Shown one piece after another: positions 62,024 through 64,000 of a stretch of 64,000 nt of DNA. The DNA lies in assembly GCA_021734905.1 (NCBI GenBank), contig JAIPIB010000001.1, positions 71,476 to 135,475 on the forward strand. Direction: 5' to 3'. Within the stretch, counting starts at the first letter, position 1. Every line of letters begins with the position of its first letter. This DNA is from Minisyncoccota bacterium (GTDB lineage: Bacteria; Patescibacteriota; Minisyncoccia; Phycocordibacterales; UBA918). Made by a program: the position numbers and the translations under genes. The notes below the pieces were generated by a model. The model searched no databases. It was not told the origin of the DNA and saw only the letters and a list, made by a program, of their open reading frames with translations.

Positions 62024-62356
62024 ATGAATTTCTTCGCAAGACTTATTATAAGTGCAGCAACACTTATGCTGGTGACCTACATTGTCCCAGGGATCACGGT
62101 AGATAGCTTCTATACAGCGCTTGTTGCAGCTTTAGCCCTCGGGCTTTTGAATGCTGTAGTTCGCCCCGTGCTCGTTATCTTAACGCTACCAATTACTATT
62201 CTCACACTCGGTATTTTCATTTTTATTATTAATGCGAGTTTGTTTCTCTTTGTTGCATCATTCGTTGACGGGTTTGAAGTCTCCGGTCTTGTGAGTGCAC
62301 TCATTGGTTCAATACTTGTAAGTATCATCAGTGGTATCGCAAACAAGCTTTCGTAA
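62024..62356 (+). CDS. YvlD-like 4-TM 'phage holin family' membrane protein
   Basis: LGLLNAVVRP...LTLPITILTLG...IINA. ATG 6 nt after TATACT. Confidence 0.85.
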   Translation: MNFFARLIISAATLMLVTYIVPGITVDSFYTALVAALALGLLNAVVRPVLVILTLPITILTLGIFIFIINASLFLFVASFVDGFEVSGLVSALIGSILVSIISGIANKLS

Positions 62357-62416
62357 ACCATATCGACAATAGTGTAGATGACGTCATAGTTTCAGGAATA
62401 AGAGCTCCCTGTATAT

Positions 62417-63088
62417 ATGAAAAACATGAAATTGATAGTAGAGGTGGGTGTTGTTGTAATAGTGCTTGCACTATTAGGAGCTACGTCCTTACTGAGTGGG
62501 TATCTCCCCGTTGAAAATCTTATGTTGATTGCAGATGAGAATAGAGTGCTCGGGGCATTTCTTTTTACGCTCATTATGTTTGCAACAACCGTTCTCGCAC
62601 CACTCACCGCAATTCCGCTTGTCCCTATGGTGGCTCCATTCTTAGGCCCGTTTACAACAGGAGTTGCATGTTTTACTGGATGGATACTTGGTGCGGTGGT
62701 TGCTTTTGTGATTGGTAAAAAATATGGACAACCGTTTGTGTCTCGGTTCATTGACATGCAGACAATAAAGAAATACGAAAGCTACATCAAACCAGATATA
62801 AGTTTTCTTATGATTGTAGTATTACGTATGGTCGTTCCTGTTGATGTTCTCAGTTATGCTCTTGGTATCTTTACGACGACCATATCACTTCGAACATACA
62901 CGCTCGCAAGCATGATAGGGATAGTGTGGTTCTCCTTTGCTCTCGCATATGCTGGAGATGCGCTCGTTAGTCGTAACTATGTACTTTTGATGAGTATCAG
63001 TGTAGCATCAGTGGTCATTCTCTATTTTTCATGGCGTTATGTGAGGCGTGTCCTTGGAACCACAGAAAATAAGAGTATCTTTAAATAA
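62417..63088 (+). CDS. DedA/VTT (TVP38/TMEM64) membrane protein
   Basis: GAVVAFVIGKKYG, LRMVVP.DVLSYALG. Confidence 0.8.
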   Translation: MKNMKLIVEVGVVVIVLALLGATSLLSGYLPVENLMLIADENRVLGAFLFTLIMFATTVLAPLTAIPLVPMVAPFLGPFTTGVACFTGWILGAVVAFVIGKKYGQPFVSRFIDMQTIKKYESYIKPDISFLMIVVLRMVVPVDVLSYALGIFTTTISLRTYTLASMIGIVWFSFALAYAGDALVSRNYVLLMSISVASVVILYFSWRYVRRVLGTTENKSIFK

Positions 63089-63089
63089 A

Positions 63090-64000
63090 ATGTTTGTCGA
63101 TGAATTAGAAATAAAAGTTGTTGCAGGACACGGTGGTAACGGGGTTGTTCGTTGGCGCCGAGAGAAACATGTGGCTGAAGGTGGCCCTTCTGGAGGAAAT
63201 GGCGGTAAAGGCGGAGATATTTATATGCGTGCGGTGCGAGACTTATCGCTACTAAGCAAATATACAGGCTCAAAGGAATTTCGTGCAACTGACGGGAATG
63301 CAGGAGAAAAGAGGAGTAAATATGGTAGGGATGGGGAAGACCTCTACATTGATGTCCCTGTTGGGGCGACGGTCACTGAGCATGAACGGGGGCGCGTTCA
63401 TGTGTTTGAACATGAAGGACAGATACACAAGATTCTTCTCGGAGGCAGGGGCGGGCTTGGTAATGAGTATTTTAAATCTTCAACTAATCGTGCTCCAGAG
63501 GAATCTACTGAAGGGAGACCGGGTGAAAGAGGGACGTTTACCATAGAGCTCTCACTCATTGTTGATATTGGATTGGTGGGAATTCCTAACGCTGGAAAGA
63601 CAACAATTCTCAACGCTCTCACACACACAAAGGCACGTGTTGGAGCGTACCCTTTTACGACAGTTGAACCTCATCTCGGAGAACTATATGGATTTATTTT
63701 GGCAGACATCCCTGGACTTATTGAGGGAGCATCAGAGGGGAAGGGTCTTGGGCATAAATTTTTACGACACATCAAACGAACAAAGACGATCCTTCATTGT
63801 GTGTCCTTGGAGGAGGAAAATCCACTTCAGACATACGACCTCATACGTGGTGAACTTGGTAAATTTGACCAAACACTCCTTGAAAAAGAGGAGTGGATAC
63901 TCCTCACAAAGTCAGATATTTGTCTTCCAGACAAGATAAATTCAGTGAGTGCTTCGTTTATTGCTCGTGGCCTCACCAATGTTCACGTTGTCTCAGGGGT
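63090..64000 (+). CDS. obgE: GTPase ObgE (runs off the window end; not in ORF track)
   Basis: MFVDE...AGHGGNG...GGPSGGNGGKGG, GIPNAGKT, YPFTT, DIPGLIEGA, TKSD. Confidence 0.95.
   Translation, partial: MFVDELEIKVVAGHGGNGVVRWRREKHVAEGGPSGGNGGKGGDIYMRAVRDLSLLSKYTGSKEFRATDGNAGEKRSKYGRDGEDLYIDVPVGATVTEHERGRVHVFEHEGQIHKILLGGRGGLGNEYFKSSTNRAPEESTEGRPGERGTFTIELSLIVDIGLVGIPNAGKTTILNALTHTKARVGAYPFTTVEPHLGELYGFILADIPGLIEGASEGKGLGHKFLRHIKRTKTILHCVSLEEENPLQTYDLIRGELGKFDQTLLEKEEWILLTKSDICLPDKINSVSASFIARGLTNVHVVSG

Noticed and set aside
62024-62356. Prophage signalled by a holin
   Set aside because: This is the housekeeping YvlD-like family, with no other phage genes.
63283-63939. Track ORFs 63283-63546, 63398-63628, 63559-63939
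   Set aside because: They are alternative frames of obgE, which is absent from the track because it has no stop in the window.

Overview
This window looks like a Patescibacteria/CPR chromosome segment (Parcubacteria-like, genetic code 11). The lineage is inferred from the 16S signatures and gene content, not from a database search. It contains a stand-alone 16S rRNA gene, a detached tRNA-Ile(GAT), murD-murC, rsmI, a VirD4/TraG-like ATPase, a T4SS-type pilin, yvcK, murB, a Lys-rich histone-H1-like gene, secA and a truncated obgE. It also holds a surface-glycan locus of about 42 kb with GT4s, GT9, three gmd paralogs, kdsD/kdsB, a sulfotransferase with sat-cysC, asnB, methyltransferases, wzx, gtrA/GT2, GT-C proteins and an O-antigen-ligase/TPR protein. 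Four observations stand out. (1) The 16S 3' tail lacks the canonical anti-Shine-Dalgarno, and at least 14 conserved genes look leaderless. Yet eight dispersed orphan ORFs sit in monocistronic promoter-leader-strong SD-ORF-terminator cassettes, which suggests two classes of mRNA. (2) A PaaX/Cas2-like gene is bracketed by two directly repeated 40-bp palindromic sites. (3) A perfect 40-bp palindrome lies inside murD. (4) There are unannotated structured intergenic elements.
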